The position numbers were made by a program, and so were the translations under genes. Under the pieces are notes generated by a model that did not search any database, had not been told where the DNA came from, and saw only the letters and a program-made list of their open reading frames with translations. This document shows positions 31,195 through 32,000 of a stretch of 32,000 nt of DNA, one piece after another. Every line of letters starts with the position of its first letter. Within the stretch, counting starts at the first letter, position 1. Source of the stretch: Erysipelotrichaceae bacterium MTC7 (lineage in GTDB: Bacteria > Bacillota_I > Bacilli_A > Erysipelotrichales > Erysipelotrichaceae); assembly GCA_001695645.1 (NCBI GenBank), contig LVZN01000001.1:180001-212000 (forward strand). The letters are read 5' to 3'.

Positions 31195-31715
31195 TTCATT
31201 TGGAACTTCCCTTAACAAAAGATAAAATCAAAGACTTGAAAACAGGTGATTTAGTGTATCTAAGCGGACAATTGTATACAGCAAGAGACGCTGCACACAA
31301 ACGCTTATTTGAAATGATTCAACAAAATCAACCCTTACCTTTCGATTTGAAAGATGCAACGATTTACTATGTGGGACCTACACCAACGATGCCTGGTCAA
31401 ACCTTTGGTAGTGCTGGACCAACAACCTCAGCACGTATGGATCCATATGCACCAACGTTATACGATTTGGGTGTGTCATGTACCATCGGCAAAGGATATC
31501 GTAGCAAAGTGGTGCAAGATAGCGTTGTAAAAAACCAAGCCATCTATGCTGTTGCCATTGGTGGAGCTGGTGCACTTTTAGGAAAGTGTGTCAAAAAAGC
31601 AGAGCCAGTTGCCTTTGAAGATCTTGGAGCTGAAGCAATTTTAAAACTAACAGTTGAAAACTTCCCGATTACAATTGCCTTTGATACGCAAGGCAACAAC
31701 TTATACGAAGACTAA
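31191..31715 (+). CDS. class I fumarate hydratase / tartrate dehydratase family, beta subunit
   Basis: MIHLELPL...GPTTSARMD...IGKG matches the C-terminal hydro-lyase domain. ATG 31191 forms an ATGA overlap with the alpha stop, and AAAGGAG lies 8 nt upstream. The 12 extra codons in the ORF track lie inside the alpha gene. Confidence 0.88.
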   Translation: MIHLELPLTKDKIKDLKTGDLVYLSGQLYTARDAAHKRLFEMIQQNQPLPFDLKDATIYYVGPTPTMPGQTFGSAGPTTSARMDPYAPTLYDLGVSCTIGKGYRSKVVQDSVVKNQAIYAVAIGGAGALLGKCVKKAEPVAFEDLGAEAILKLTVENFPITIAFDTQGNNLYED

Positions 31716-31720
31716 ATACG

Positions 31721-31752
31721 AAAGCCGATTCTTTGCAGAACCGGCTTTTTTT
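31721..31752. terminator. bidirectional terminator
   Basis: AAAGCCG attctttgcagaa CCGGCTTT, followed by TTTTT. It overlaps the stop of the convergent gene at 31751. Confidence 0.7.
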
Positions 31753-32000
31753 ATGCATGTGCAATTTCTGATGGAGAAAGAAAACGCGTTTGTGTTATCA
31801 TCTTGGCAATTTGTTCAGGTGATTCAATTGCACCTTTTCGTATCCATAGTAAAATAATAGAAACAACACCTGAAAGCAATATTTCATCAGCATAGTCTTT
31901 TGGTAAATGTTCTGTCCCTAATTTTAAGTTACTTGAATGACTAACTTTTTCTTTAATTACTGCTGAGATAATGGCTTTGAATTTTGCCACGAATTTTGGA
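31751..32000 (-). CDS. C-terminal ~82 codons of a TetR/AcrR-like regulator (gene continues past the right edge)
   Basis: The frame stays open to the window edge. The tail ...LLSGVVSIILLWIRKGAIESPEQIAKMI... resembles the C-terminal ligand domain of DhaS-type TetR regulators. No HTH is visible inside the window. Confidence 0.45.
   Translation of the reverse strand, partial: PKFVAKFKAIISAVIKEKVSHSSNLKLGTEHLPKDYADEILLSGVVSIILLWIRKGAIESPEQIAKMITQTRFLSPSEIAHA

Noticed and set aside
1-32000. A search by eye for CRISPR arrays, tRNA/rRNA genes, IS/transposase genes, prophage genes, toxin-antitoxin pairs and reverse transcriptases.
   Set aside because: I found no regularly spaced repeat array, no cloverleaf-like conserved tRNA segments in the intergenic regions, and no ORF with transposase, RT or phage hallmarks. 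The only recombinase is the hsdS-associated tyrosine recombinase.

Overview
This looks like a chromosomal segment of a low-GC Gram-positive bacterium (Bacillota-like). Supporting signs are a T-box leader, lipobox lipoproteins, AGGAGG-type RBSs and ATGA-coupled operons. Content from left to right: (1) the 5' part of a SulP permease gene; (2) a complete minus-strand trpEGDCFBA operon behind a single Trp (UGG) T-box leader; (3) a tightly packed seven-gene minus-strand operon (FbpA/AfuA-type ABC importer, YesM/YesN-type two-component system, GalE, sugar-phosphate nucleotidyltransferase), transcribed divergently from a phosphohexomutase gene, with a 32-bp direct repeat in the shared control region; (4) a 64-aa charged repeat protein and a CX5R phosphatase; (5) a Type I restriction-modification locus (hsdR-hsdM-hsdS) followed by a tyrosine recombinase and a start-less two-TRD hsdS cassette on the opposite strand; (6) an ECF-S-like membrane protein, a PAP2 phosphatase, a small lipoprotein and a 126-aa orphan protein; (7) a malic enzyme plus two-subunit class I fumarase operon; (8) the 3' end of a TetR-like gene. 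The only accessory or defence-type module is the Type I R-M locus at 18.4-26.2 kb, which is wired as a recombinase-driven hsdS shufflon. That class of system is already known (pneumococcal ivr/SpnD39III-like), so I do not claim a new system. Several details are unusual, though. The hsdS in the expression slot carries tandem in-frame TAA TAA stops. All recombination repeats are only 13-29 bp, and the same cores flank every TRD. The silent cassette is one continuous frame that lacks both coiled-coil spacers. The innermost repeat pair brackets only the recombinase gene. I saw no CRISPR array, tRNA/rRNA gene, transposase or prophage gene. Everything here comes from reading the sequence and the ORF track by eye; no database search was run.
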